Below the pieces are notes generated by a model, which ran no database searches, was not told the DNA's origin, and saw only the letters and a program-made list of their open reading frames with translations. Both the position numbers and the translations under genes were made by a program. A DNA stretch of 64,000 bases from positions 531 through 64,530 of the forward strand of contig CAZOKU010000002.1 in NCBI GenBank assembly GCA_964580715.1, written 5' to 3'. Shown here piece by piece: positions 17,685-26,498 of this stretch. This DNA comes from an uncultured Rhizobium sp. (GTDB lineage Bacteria > Pseudomonadota > Alphaproteobacteria > Rickettsiales > UBA1997). Position 1 is the first letter of the stretch, and the number at the start of each line of letters is the position of its first letter.

Positions 17685-19880
17685 TTAAACTGCTATAGTT
17701 GGAGCAGCAGCATGACCAGCAATTGGAGAAGAAACTTCACCCGCACAACTCGGCGAAGTAGAAGGAATATTATCAACTGGAGTATTATCAAGTTTTGTCT
17801 CAACCCTGCTATCTCCAGCCCGATAAGCCATAAGCAAACTCTCTGCCAAAATAGATTTTGCTCGATTAATTGCATCTTCTGCATAAGCCGAATCTACTAA
17901 AATTCTTTTTTTATTAACATTTTCTCCAGTTCTATGATCAAAAACTTCCACCTCTTGATCAAAAGTTTTAACCCCAGCAGTTTCTGCAGCATAAGCAGCA
18001 AATTCTCTTCTTAAAACTTTTTTTCCATCCGCAAGTAAACGAGAATATTGTGGATTAGATTCATTTAAAACATCAACAACACTTCCCACACCACCAATAG
18101 ATTCATAACCCAAATAAGCCGAAAACTTTTTCTGCATTGTTTTAAAAAGAGCTTGTTGACGTTCTCTGTTTTCTGTAATATTTTCATCAAGACCTTCTAA
18201 ATGCGCTACAGCTCTTTTGATAACTTCATCTTTGTCTGCATCTTCACCTAGACTATCTTTAATTGCAATTATAGTATTAACAATATCTCCACTAAACAAA
18301 TCCTTAGCTATCGTTTTCTTATCACCATCCAAAATAAATTCCACTAATTTAAGCTTACCAAAAGCTTCCTCAATAGCTTCAAATTGCATTTCCGCAATTT
18401 TTACCGCCATTTCTTTCTTTCTTTCATCATTAGCTTGACCAAATTGTGCCAAAATATCTCTTAATTTATCCACCGAAGAATCTGTAATCTTATTTTTTGT
18501 CTTATAATGTTCCACTTCTTCATCCAAATGCTTAATCAAATAACCACCAGCAATAACAAATAAAAGCACTGGTTTCATAACTTGCACAGTTGAAAACAGC
18601 ATCCTTCCAATCTCATTATTAAAAAGCATAGTTTCAATATCACCAATATCAGAAATTAAAGGCACCTTATCCAGAAATCCCTCCACTAAATAATCAAGAT
18701 GCAACACTTCATATAACTTACCAAGACCAATCGGCAAATGCTTCGGAGCTTCCGCCACAGCTGCAGAAAATGGACCATCAAAAAGTGGACCAATAAGATC
18801 AGATATAATATCAAAATAATCAAGAAATGGAACAATAAAACCAAAAGGTGTAAAAAAAACTAAAACTGAAGTTATAGCTCTTTTCAAGATTATAGAATTA
18901 ATCTTATCCATCACTCCACTTTGATATTCAGAAGCAGATTCTTTAAACACCCCAGAAATCTTAGCATTTTCTTCATCAGATAATTTTTTTCTACTGTCTT
19001 CCATTACCTGTCTGCACTCATTCACCAAATCTCTAAGACCTTGCTCTGACAATATACTTAAAAAATGCGAGTTTTGACTTCTTAAAATCATTTCAAGAAG
19101 TTCTGGATCAATATGCTCTAACCTTGATAATTCTTCTAACCTAACCCTAGCAATTCGATTTAACTTCTCTCTATTTTCTATAAATTTTGTACTTTCATGA
19201 ACTCCGGGATTTTTTCCCATCATCCTATCAAAAAAGTTATTAAACCGAACGCTTAAATTTCCGGGAATATGTGATGTTGAAACCGGCGCTTCTATTATTT
19301 CTTTGATTTCTTGTAATGAAATGTCTTTTTGATCAAACACATCTTGCAACAACAGATCACATTTTTTTATTTCTTCTCCAACTACAAATTTTTCTCTTTG
19401 AAGATTCATAGCATAAGAAAAACTAGGCGCTCTAAGATGAACCCCAGGATTTTCTATTTTTCTTAAAACTTTCGGACTTTCACTCAGGCTAGAATGTTCT
19501 CCCTTTGGATTCCACTTCCATTTATCAGCAACATCTTTTCTTTTACGTTCTGCAACTGCCATCTGATCAATGGCTTTTGGATCATATACTGCGCCAGACA
19601 TTGCGGCAAAAACTTCCCTTCTCTCTTTTTCTAAATTAATTTGGTCATCTTTAAGACTTTTTTTTCTTTCTAACAAAAACTCTAGTGATTTCAAACCTTG
19701 CAAAGCTTTTCTAGAACCAGCAATTTCATCAATTCTTGTTCGAAAACCCTCAAGAACTTCTCCTGGAGCATAAAAGTCAGATACTAAAGTTTTCACTCTT
19801 TCTTGTAATTGTTCTATTGCTTCGCTTTGATCGCTTCGAATCGCTCCTGTTCTTCCTAAATTTTGAGAATCTCGAGACAT
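17685..19880 (-). CDS. Hypothetical 731-aa protein with central hydrophobic hairpins (orphan)
   Basis: Long uninterrupted ORF with no signal peptide. Coiled-coil-like charged N- and C-terminal regions. Hydrophobic segments ITSVLVFFTPFGFIVPFL and VMKPVLLFVIAGGYLI. Repeated NPGVH motif (ENPGVHLRAP, KNPGVHESTK). I recognise no family motif. Confidence 0.6.
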   Translation of the reverse strand: MSRDSQNLGRTGAIRSDQSEAIEQLQERVKTLVSDFYAPGEVLEGFRTRIDEIAGSRKALQGLKSLEFLLERKKSLKDDQINLEKERREVFAAMSGAVYDPKAIDQMAVAERKRKDVADKWKWNPKGEHSSLSESPKVLRKIENPGVHLRAPSFSYAMNLQREKFVVGEEIKKCDLLLQDVFDQKDISLQEIKEIIEAPVSTSHIPGNLSVRFNNFFDRMMGKNPGVHESTKFIENREKLNRIARVRLEELSRLEHIDPELLEMILRSQNSHFLSILSEQGLRDLVNECRQVMEDSRKKLSDEENAKISGVFKESASEYQSGVMDKINSIILKRAITSVLVFFTPFGFIVPFLDYFDIISDLIGPLFDGPFSAAVAEAPKHLPIGLGKLYEVLHLDYLVEGFLDKVPLISDIGDIETMLFNNEIGRMLFSTVQVMKPVLLFVIAGGYLIKHLDEEVEHYKTKNKITDSSVDKLRDILAQFGQANDERKKEMAVKIAEMQFEAIEEAFGKLKLVEFILDGDKKTIAKDLFSGDIVNTIIAIKDSLGEDADKDEVIKRAVAHLEGLDENITENRERQQALFKTMQKKFSAYLGYESIGGVGSVVDVLNESNPQYSRLLADGKKVLRREFAAYAAETAGVKTFDQEVEVFDHRTGENVNKKRILVDSAYAEDAINRAKSILAESLLMAYRAGDSRVETKLDNTPVDNIPSTSPSCAGEVSSPIAGHAAAPTIAV

Positions 19881-20009
19881 AAAATTTTTTATTTTTTACT
19901 AAAACTTTAATTTATTAAAAATCAAAATTTTAGATAGTTGACATTAACAAAAATAGAATAAAAATGAGAAATTATTCTTAGTTTCAATCAACTTAATTAG
20001 AGGTTTAAA

Positions 20010-20561
20010 ATGTTCAGAAAAATACTGATTATCGCCCTTATAATTTCATTCTCTTCTTGTAAAAGCAAGCTAAAAAAGCATGGTGAAGCTGGATCTGAAG
20101 GCGATCAAACCACCGCTGTCATTGAAAATCCATCTCAAACTGGCACTTACCAAACCATTCCAGACGAGCAACAGGCTGCTGCCCTTGACCGTCAAACCGA
20201 ACAACAACTACAATCTCAAGTGGAAGAAATCGAAGTGCAAGACCGCGTCCTTTTTGGCTATGACTCGTTTAGCATCAATGATGAAGCACAAAAAATTCTC
20301 GACACTCAAGTTGACTGGCTAAAAAGCGATGAATCAATCAAAATCCTTGTGGAAGGCCACTGCGACGAGCGCGGAACCCGCGAATATAACATCGCTTTAG
20401 GCGAAAAAAGAGCTAACGCGGTTAAAAATTACCTAGTTTCTCACGGAATTGACAATTCTCGCATCAAAACCATCTCTTACGGCAAAGAACGCCCTGCCTT
20501 CATCGGCTCAAACGAAAGCTCTTTTGCTAAAAACCGCCGCGCGGTCACTGTTGTACAATAA
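20010..20561 (+). CDS. pal: Peptidoglycan-associated lipoprotein Pal (OmpA-like domain)
   Basis: 183 aa. Lipobox IISFSSC, then FGYDSFSI...VEGHCDERGTREYNIALGEKRA...NRRAV. Confidence 0.9.
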   Translation: MFRKILIIALIISFSSCKSKLKKHGEAGSEGDQTTAVIENPSQTGTYQTIPDEQQAAALDRQTEQQLQSQVEEIEVQDRVLFGYDSFSINDEAQKILDTQVDWLKSDESIKILVEGHCDERGTREYNIALGEKRANAVKNYLVSHGIDNSRIKTISYGKERPAFIGSNESSFAKNRRAVTVVQ

Positions 20562-20580
20562 TTCTGTACAAACTAAACAT

Positions 20581-20620
20581 CTGCTGGGCGGGATTTGCAA
20601 TCCCTCCCAAGTGTTCATGC
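20581..20620. repeat. Family-A palindromic element
   Basis: ctgctgggcgggatttgcaatccctcccaagtgttcatgc, immediately downstream of pal. Confidence 0.85.
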
Positions 20621-20652
20621 AATTATAGTTAAATAACTTACCTATTTTTTAC

Positions 20653-20696
20653 CCGTTGCAGGACGGGGTCTCTGACCCCGTCCTCACGTTCATATC
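20653..20696. repeat. Family-A palindromic element (GGGGTCTCTGACCCC core variant)
   Basis: ccgttgcaggacggggtctctgaccccgtcctcacgttcatatc. Confidence 0.85.
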
Positions 20697-20760
20697 AAAC
20701 TATTAAAGAACATAAACATTTTGTCATAGTCAAAAAACCCACCCTCAACTTCATGTTCTA

Positions 20761-23700
20761 TCAGGCATTTTTCACCACCTTTTCCAACAAAGAATTCTGC
20801 TGACATCTAGCATGTAAATGCTCAAAACTAAACTTATCCATATTTTGATCTTGTTCCATGCAAGCATAAAAATATTCCACCTCACCATTTTCATCAAACC
20901 TTTTTTGCAGACACTGCGAACAAACTGCCTTCATCATACATTGCATTGGCGCGTTTAAACTGGTAATTGCAATTGGCGCCTCCACAATTTCTGGCACAAT
21001 TTTTTCATAACGCAACTTCGCAATTTCATGCATCATTTCATCATTACCAATAGTAAAAATACGATCAATTTTATTGCTGATACCGATGCTGGGCTTAGTG
21101 CTGGAAAGGGTTACGATGCTGTGTTTGCTCCCAATGCTGGACTGGACAGAGCTGCTGGGCGGGGTTTGTAACCCCGCCCACATGTTCATGCCAAAATATT
21201 CTTTTACCGCATCAATCACCGTTCCTTTAATCCCTAAGCTTTCCACCTTGTGCAATTCCAACTTAGAATCATTTTCAATCGCAAAAATCATCTGGTCACA
21301 AGAATTTTCCATACGTTCTTGCCTAACCACAAAAGAAGCATCACGATATCCCGCAACAAAAATAACTTTACAACCATTTTGTTTAAAAACTTCCGCTAAT
21401 GCTGTAAGTGGCTGATTACCACGGCCTCCACCAATCAGTAAAACAGTCTCATTTTTCGGAATTTCCGTCGGCTTGCCACCAGGGCCCATGAAAACACAAG
21501 GCTCTCCTTCTTTAAAATTTTTAATCAAAGAAGTTGAACCACCAGTTTCTACAACAATTCCACTAATAATTCCATTAACTTCATCAACGCTTAAAGCTGT
21601 AACAGCAACACCTTCCATCGCTAAAGTTTTATCCTCAACTTTTTTTGCTAAAGCGTGATAATTTTGCAATCTAAAAATATGCCCAACTTTCGTTTTCCTT
21701 GCAAGCAGCGGCGCTTTAATAAAAATTTCAACGACGTGTTCTGACAAACGGTCAACTCTTTCAACTCTAGTTAAAAAATCATAATTAATTTTTTCTAAAA
21801 AATTCAAATCATACCTATCGCTGGACTGGGTTTCTAACCCTGTCCACATGTTCATATCTAATTTCTCAATAATCTGCTTATATCCCAATTTTGCACTGGC
21901 CATCGCCTTCACCACATTGCCCTCAAACTTTTCACTAGCATCACCAAAAAAACTAATTTTATCCGAATTAATATCCATTTGATCTTCATAAAACGGTGAT
22001 AGATTCGGATGAGTTCCAGCCGCAACCAGCAATGATCCACAAGGATATTCCCCTTCATTACATTTTAATGATTTTATATGAGAAAATTCATCAAGCTCAG
22101 CTTTTACAGGAACAACATTTTCAATAAATTCGACACCTTCTTCCAAAGCTTTATTTAACTCTTGATGATTGTGTTTGTAGGCTGGAGATTCCTGAATTTT
22201 TTTACGATATAAAATTTTTACACCACCAAGTTTTTTTAAAAATTCATGGCTCGAAGCAGATTTTAAAAGCTGCTCGTGATGAGACAAAAATTCTTCAGCA
22301 ATTATTTTTTCCTCTTCATTTAATTGTTTAAATAATTTTTCTTTACCAATTTTTGCAACATTTTCAGCAAATTTTTTAATCTGCTCAACATAATAAGCAC
22401 CAGCTTCACAAGCAACGTCAATCGCCGTCAACCCTCCTCCAACCACCAAAATTGGCATTCTAAGTTGTAAATTAGTTTGCAAATCTTTACGAAATGCCCC
22501 ACCTAAGTGCAACGCCATTAAGAAATCAGAAGCTTGGCGAATCCCTTTAGCAAAATTATTTTCTAAATTGATGATATTTGGTTTTCCCGCACCAATGCAA
22601 AGCGCCACATGATCAAAGCCATATTCTTTAACTGCATCTTCAATTGTAATTGATGAACCAAAACGAAGTCCGCCAAACATTCTAAAATTTTCTCTGCGCT
22701 CTAAAAGCAAACGAATAATTTTTAAAAAATTTTTATCCCATCTTGCCGTAATTCCATATTCCGAAACCCCGCCAAAACCATGTATCAAACGAGTTGAAAG
22801 CGGTTCATAAATTTCTTCAATAAATTTGATTGGCCTAAATTTTCTTCTATTACCAAATTCATCAATCCCTGATATTTCTGGATCTAAAGGCTCAATTTTC
22901 AAACCATCAATTGCAACAACGCTAAATCCTTCATTTAATAAATAGTGCGACAAAGTATAACCAGCAGGCCCTAAACCACATACTAAAATTTTTTTATTAT
23001 TCTCACTTTTAACAATTGGCGAATCAATATTTAACGGATTCCAACGCGTTAATAATGAATAAATTTCAAATCCATAAGGCAGTTTTAAAACATCCTTCAA
23101 CACTCGCGTTTCAATTTGCGGAATATCCACCGGATCTTGTTTTTGATAAATGCAAGCCTTCATACAATCATTGCAAATGCGGTGTCCAGTGCCTGCCACC
23201 ATCGGATTGTCAATAATTGTAAAAGCTAGTGATGCCAAAGAAAAACTTTCAGCCTTTAACAAATTCATCTCTGAAATTTTTTGATCTAAAGGACAACCTC
23301 CCAGCTGCTGGACGGGGTCAGACACATTTTTTTTCTCATATCCCTTACGACAAGAATCCTTATCCTGCCTATGACAAAAAATACAATAGTGCGCCTCCGC
23401 CAAAACCCGATTAAGCGCAAACCCTTGATCAGTAAGATCAAAACCATCACGATTACGTAAAAAGGTGTCAGACACCTTTTGATCAAAAGGTGTCTGACAC
23501 CTTTCAATTTTTTGCGGCAAAATAAATAAAGAACCATTTTTGTGGAAAGCTTTTCCTTCGCCGCTGTAAAGGGCCCAAGTTGCATAAGCTATAAAATCAG
23601 ATAACTCATCTTCAGCATTATTTTCAAGCAAAGAAAAAATTTTATCCGCTAACTTTTTTTCTAAATCATCAATATTTCCATGATAATCAAGACCAAGTGC

Positions 23701-24078
23701 TTCTAAAATTTTAAGAGGTAAAGCCTCTGATGACGAAGATAAAATCAAAGAAGATGAATATTTTTTTGCAACAAATCTCTGAACAAATTCCCTTCTAACA
23801 TAATAAATTTTTTCCAACTCATCATGTTGCTTTTTTAACTCTTTATTTTCTTTTTCAATTTGGAACAATTCAACAATAAATTCTTCTAAAACCCTTGCAA
23901 CATCAAGCAAAACAGCAGCATCATATTTTTTTAATGCAAAAAAATTTTCTGCTAATTCAGAATTTTTTTCACTTAAAAATTCTCTAAATTTTTGGTCTAA
24001 TTTAAGTAAGCCAAAGCGCGAATAAAGATCTTCAAATTCTAAACCAAATTTTAAATTAAGCGGATTTTTCCAAGACAT
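20761..24078 (-). CDS. Large Fe-S/FAD oxidoreductase: glutamate synthase small-subunit-like (GltD) domain fused to a PyrK/ferredoxin-reductase-like domain
   Basis: 1105 aa. Cys cluster CIFCHRQDKDSCRKG, Rossmann motifs KILVCGLGPAGYTLSHYL and LVVGGGLTAIDVA, an FNR-like module (GHIFRLQ..., LLIGGGRGNQPL) and a C-terminal Cys cluster MQCMMKAVCSQCLQK. The architecture matches proteins annotated in Rickettsiales as bifunctional glutamate synthase beta subunit/2-polyprenylphenol hydroxylase (from memory). It contains at least 4 in-frame repeat insertions. Confidence 0.75.
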   Translation of the reverse strand: MSWKNPLNLKFGLEFEDLYSRFGLLKLDQKFREFLSEKNSELAENFFALKKYDAAVLLDVARVLEEFIVELFQIEKENKELKKQHDELEKIYYVRREFVQRFVAKKYSSSLILSSSSEALPLKILEALGLDYHGNIDDLEKKLADKIFSLLENNAEDELSDFIAYATWALYSGEGKAFHKNGSLFILPQKIERCQTPFDQKVSDTFLRNRDGFDLTDQGFALNRVLAEAHYCIFCHRQDKDSCRKGYEKKNVSDPVQQLGGCPLDQKISEMNLLKAESFSLASLAFTIIDNPMVAGTGHRICNDCMKACIYQKQDPVDIPQIETRVLKDVLKLPYGFEIYSLLTRWNPLNIDSPIVKSENNKKILVCGLGPAGYTLSHYLLNEGFSVVAIDGLKIEPLDPEISGIDEFGNRRKFRPIKFIEEIYEPLSTRLIHGFGGVSEYGITARWDKNFLKIIRLLLERRENFRMFGGLRFGSSITIEDAVKEYGFDHVALCIGAGKPNIINLENNFAKGIRQASDFLMALHLGGAFRKDLQTNLQLRMPILVVGGGLTAIDVACEAGAYYVEQIKKFAENVAKIGKEKLFKQLNEEEKIIAEEFLSHHEQLLKSASSHEFLKKLGGVKILYRKKIQESPAYKHNHQELNKALEEGVEFIENVVPVKAELDEFSHIKSLKCNEGEYPCGSLLVAAGTHPNLSPFYEDQMDINSDKISFFGDASEKFEGNVVKAMASAKLGYKQIIEKLDMNMWTGLETQSSDRYDLNFLEKINYDFLTRVERVDRLSEHVVEIFIKAPLLARKTKVGHIFRLQNYHALAKKVEDKTLAMEGVAVTALSVDEVNGIISGIVVETGGSTSLIKNFKEGEPCVFMGPGGKPTEIPKNETVLLIGGGRGNQPLTALAEVFKQNGCKVIFVAGYRDASFVVRQERMENSCDQMIFAIENDSKLELHKVESLGIKGTVIDAVKEYFGMNMWAGLQTPPSSSVQSSIGSKHSIVTLSSTKPSIGISNKIDRIFTIGNDEMMHEIAKLRYEKIVPEIVEAPIAITSLNAPMQCMMKAVCSQCLQKRFDENGEVEYFYACMEQDQNMDKFSFEHLHARCQQNSLLEKVVKNA
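21151..21192. repeat. Family-A palindromic element inside the GltD/PyrK-like CDS
   Basis: gctgctgggcggggtttgtaaccccgcccacatgttcatgcc, translated in the gene frame as GMNMWAGLQTPPSS. It is preceded (21073-21150) by a run of degenerate TGCTGG-containing half-sites encoding SVQSSIGSKHSIVTLSSTKPSIGISN. Confidence 0.9.
21817..21858. repeat. Family-A palindromic element inside the GltD/PyrK-like CDS
   Basis: atcgctggactgggtttctaaccctgtccacatgttcatatc, translated as DMNMWTGLETQSSD. Confidence 0.85.
23304..23325. repeat. Half element joining a family-A arm to a family-B core
   Basis: gctgctggacggggtcagacac: a GCTGCTGGACGGGG arm (family A) runs directly into GTCAGACAC (family-B core). It lies inside the CDS. 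Confidence 0.6.
23460..23504. repeat. Family-B palindrome inside the GltD/PyrK-like CDS
   Basis: aaaaggtgtcagacaccttttgatcaaaaggtgtctgacaccttt is nearly identical to the coaBC/pepP terminator palindrome at 6448-6494. Here it is translated as ERCQTPFDQKVSDTF. Confidence 0.9.
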
Positions 24079-25537
24079 TTTTTACAATTTTCTCCTCGTC
24101 AAATTCAAATTTTTCTTCACCAATAATTTGATATTTTTCATGACCTTTGCCAGCCAAAATCAAAACATCACCATTTTGCAACATATTAATTGCCTTTTCA
24201 ATCGCCATTTTACGATCCGCAATTTCCACTGTTTTAGCCATATCACAACCAACTAATATCGCTTTACGAATATCATCAGACCTTTCTTTTCTTGGATTAT
24301 CATCAGTCACGATCACCAAATCCGCCATTTTTGAAGCAATTTCACCCATTAGCGGACGCTTTACAGCATCACGATTTCCACCACAACCAAACAAAACAAT
24401 AATCTTTGATTCAGTAAGCTTCCTTGCCGATTCCAAAACATTTCTAAGCGCTTCTGGCTTATGTGAATGATCAATAAAAATTTGCGCTTTATTTTCTAAA
24501 GTTGCAACTTTTTGCATCCTTCCTTTTGCTGCATAAAGGCGGGAAAATTTTGGCAATAAATTTCTAATTTCTTGATCATTTAATGTAAATTTTGCCAAAA
24601 CATTTCCCAAAGCACAAAGCACATTAAACACTTGAAAATCTGCAATCACACTCAAATCAAAACTGTAAGAATTATTTTTATAATCAAAAAATATTTTCTG
24701 TCCAAAATCCGTTTGCTCAAACCTTTTCAAACATAAATCACGCGCCTTAAAACCATATTCAATAATTTTTATTTTTCTTGCTTCACAAATTTTTTTAATT
24801 GCCGCAAATTCAGGAATGTCAGAGTTTAAAACTGCCACACCATCGTTAGATAAAATTTTGTTAAACAAAATCATTTTACAATCAAAATATTCAGCCATCG
24901 AAGCATGATAATCTAAATGATCTTGTGAAAAATTAGTAAATGCCGCAACGTCAATTTTTAACCCCGCAATTCTTCCCTGTTCTATTCCAATTGAACTTGC
25001 TTCAATTGCAACATCATCAATTCCAACTTTTTTTAGATTATAAAGATTTTTATAAAGACTCACCAAATCAGGTGTAGTAAGATCAGAAACAATATTATTT
25101 TTAAATTCTTTAACATCCGTAAGCACACCAAGTGAACCAATCGAAGCTGATTTATTTCCTAAAGAACCCAAAATTTGTCTGGTAAATTCTGCTGTTGAGG
25201 TTTTACCATTAGTTCCTGTAATAGCATAAATATTGGCTGGAAGCGGTTTATAAAAAAACTGTAAAAATTCCACTAACAACAAAAATGGCTGTTTAGATAA
25301 AATCAGCGGCACAGATAATTCAACTTCCTGGCTTGAAACCACAGCGATCGCGCCGTTTTTTATAGCATCATCAATAAATTTTTTTCCATCTTGCGATTTT
25401 CCATTTAAAGCAAAAAACACCGAACCTTTTTTAACTAAACGAGAATCAATTTCTATTGCAGAGATTTCTACATCATCAAACTTTCCAAAACACTGATATT
25501 GCGATTGCAACTGCGCTAAAATTTCCTTCAATTTCAT
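24056..25537 (-). CDS. murE: UDP-N-acetylmuramoyl-L-alanyl-D-glutamate--2,6-diaminopimelate ligase MurE
   Basis: 493 aa. GTNGKTST P-loop, EASSIG, DHLDYH and the DNPR motif (VTDDNPRKE) typical of meso-DAP-adding MurE. Confidence 0.9.
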   Translation of the reverse strand: MKLKEILAQLQSQYQCFGKFDDVEISAIEIDSRLVKKGSVFFALNGKSQDGKKFIDDAIKNGAIAVVSSQEVELSVPLILSKQPFLLLVEFLQFFYKPLPANIYAITGTNGKTSTAEFTRQILGSLGNKSASIGSLGVLTDVKEFKNNIVSDLTTPDLVSLYKNLYNLKKVGIDDVAIEASSIGIEQGRIAGLKIDVAAFTNFSQDHLDYHASMAEYFDCKMILFNKILSNDGVAVLNSDIPEFAAIKKICEARKIKIIEYGFKARDLCLKRFEQTDFGQKIFFDYKNNSYSFDLSVIADFQVFNVLCALGNVLAKFTLNDQEIRNLLPKFSRLYAAKGRMQKVATLENKAQIFIDHSHKPEALRNVLESARKLTESKIIVLFGCGGNRDAVKRPLMGEIASKMADLVIVTDDNPRKERSDDIRKAILVGCDMAKTVEIADRKMAIEKAINMLQNGDVLILAGKGHEKYQIIGEEKFEFDEEKIVKNVLEKSA

Positions 25538-25622
25538 ATATCCATTTTCTAAAAAAACTATTTACAAGAATTGTAAGTAGTTTTTTTAACATAATGAAAT
25601 ATAATTTTATACCACAAAATAT

Positions 25623-25970
25623 TTATGAAACTTCAAGCTCTTCATTAATAAACTCTAAAACTAGATGCAATTCTTCCCTAACTTTTTTTAATATATCATT
25701 TTTTTGCTCCATATTATCTTCTGGATGTTTTTGAGCATATTCCAAAGCTTTAGACAATTCAAATGCACCAATCGATGCAGCAGCCCCTTTAAAAGCATGA
25801 GAAGCCATATACCAAGAATTATTGTCACTGTTCTTGATCGCTTCTTCCATTTTTATCATATTGCGATGAGCATTTTCTGAAAAAATTGCAAAAAGCTCCT
25901 TTTCAAATTCTTTATCATTTTCAATAATACTGCGTAAAAACTCTGTATCTATGGCCTTTTTACTTTCCAT
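25623..25970 (-). CDS. Stand-alone histidine phosphotransfer (Hpt) domain protein
   Basis: 115 aa. ASHAFKGAAASIGA contains the canonical HxxKG phospho-His motif in a four-helix-sized protein. Confidence 0.8.
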   Translation of the reverse strand: MESKKAIDTEFLRSIIENDKEFEKELFAIFSENAHRNMIKMEEAIKNSDNNSWYMASHAFKGAAASIGAFELSKALEYAQKHPEDNMEQKNDILKKVREELHLVLEFINEELEVS

Positions 25971-25991
25971 ATAATCCTCAAAAAAATTAAA

Positions 25992-26480
25992 TTAATTAAT
26001 AATAAGATCAGTAGCCAGACTGTTCAGCCTAATACCAAGATCTCTAACAAGCTTTGAATTCAAAGTTAATTCAAAATTTCTTCTACCAACTTGAATTTGC
26101 AACATTCCACCGCCTTCAGTGAAACCATCAAAAATTGCAATCGTTAAAATTTTATGTTTGTTATATTTATCAATATCAACCCTAAAAATCCTCTCACGAT
26201 CTTTAGCGAAATATATTGACTTACATGATAAAAATTTATCTGGAGCTTTGCCTAAATCTATTGTTCGTGGATTTTGAAACACCAAAAGCTTTGATATTTC
26301 ATCAGAACCAACAACACATATCACCCCTGAATTTATTCCCTGAGTTGTGTTAACAACACTTTTAATAAATGCAGCGAAAGCAGACGCTTCGTCATCTTCT
26401 ATTGCAAAAGCATTCGAACAAAAGACCATCAAAGGCAGCAAAACTAACGATATAAATGTTTTTATTTTTTTCAAATACAT
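25992..26480 (-). CDS. YfiR / DUF4154-family periplasmic protein
   Basis: 162 aa. Signal peptide. The pattern ICVVGSDE...CKSIYFA...ILTIA..DGFTEGGGMLQIQVGRRNFELTLNSKLVRDLGIRLNSLATDLII fits the DUF4154 layout (from memory). Confidence 0.6.
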   Translation of the reverse strand: MYLKKIKTFISLVLLPLMVFCSNAFAIEDDEASAFAAFIKSVVNTTQGINSGVICVVGSDEISKLLVFQNPRTIDLGKAPDKFLSCKSIYFAKDRERIFRVDIDKYNKHKILTIAIFDGFTEGGGMLQIQVGRRNFELTLNSKLVRDLGIRLNSLATDLIIN

Positions 26481-26498
26481 TAACTCTTTAAATCAACT

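Noticed and set aside
21074-21415. Plus-strand 113-aa ORF
   Set aside because: It is antisense to the GltD/PyrK-like CDS and partly kept open by the palindromic element.
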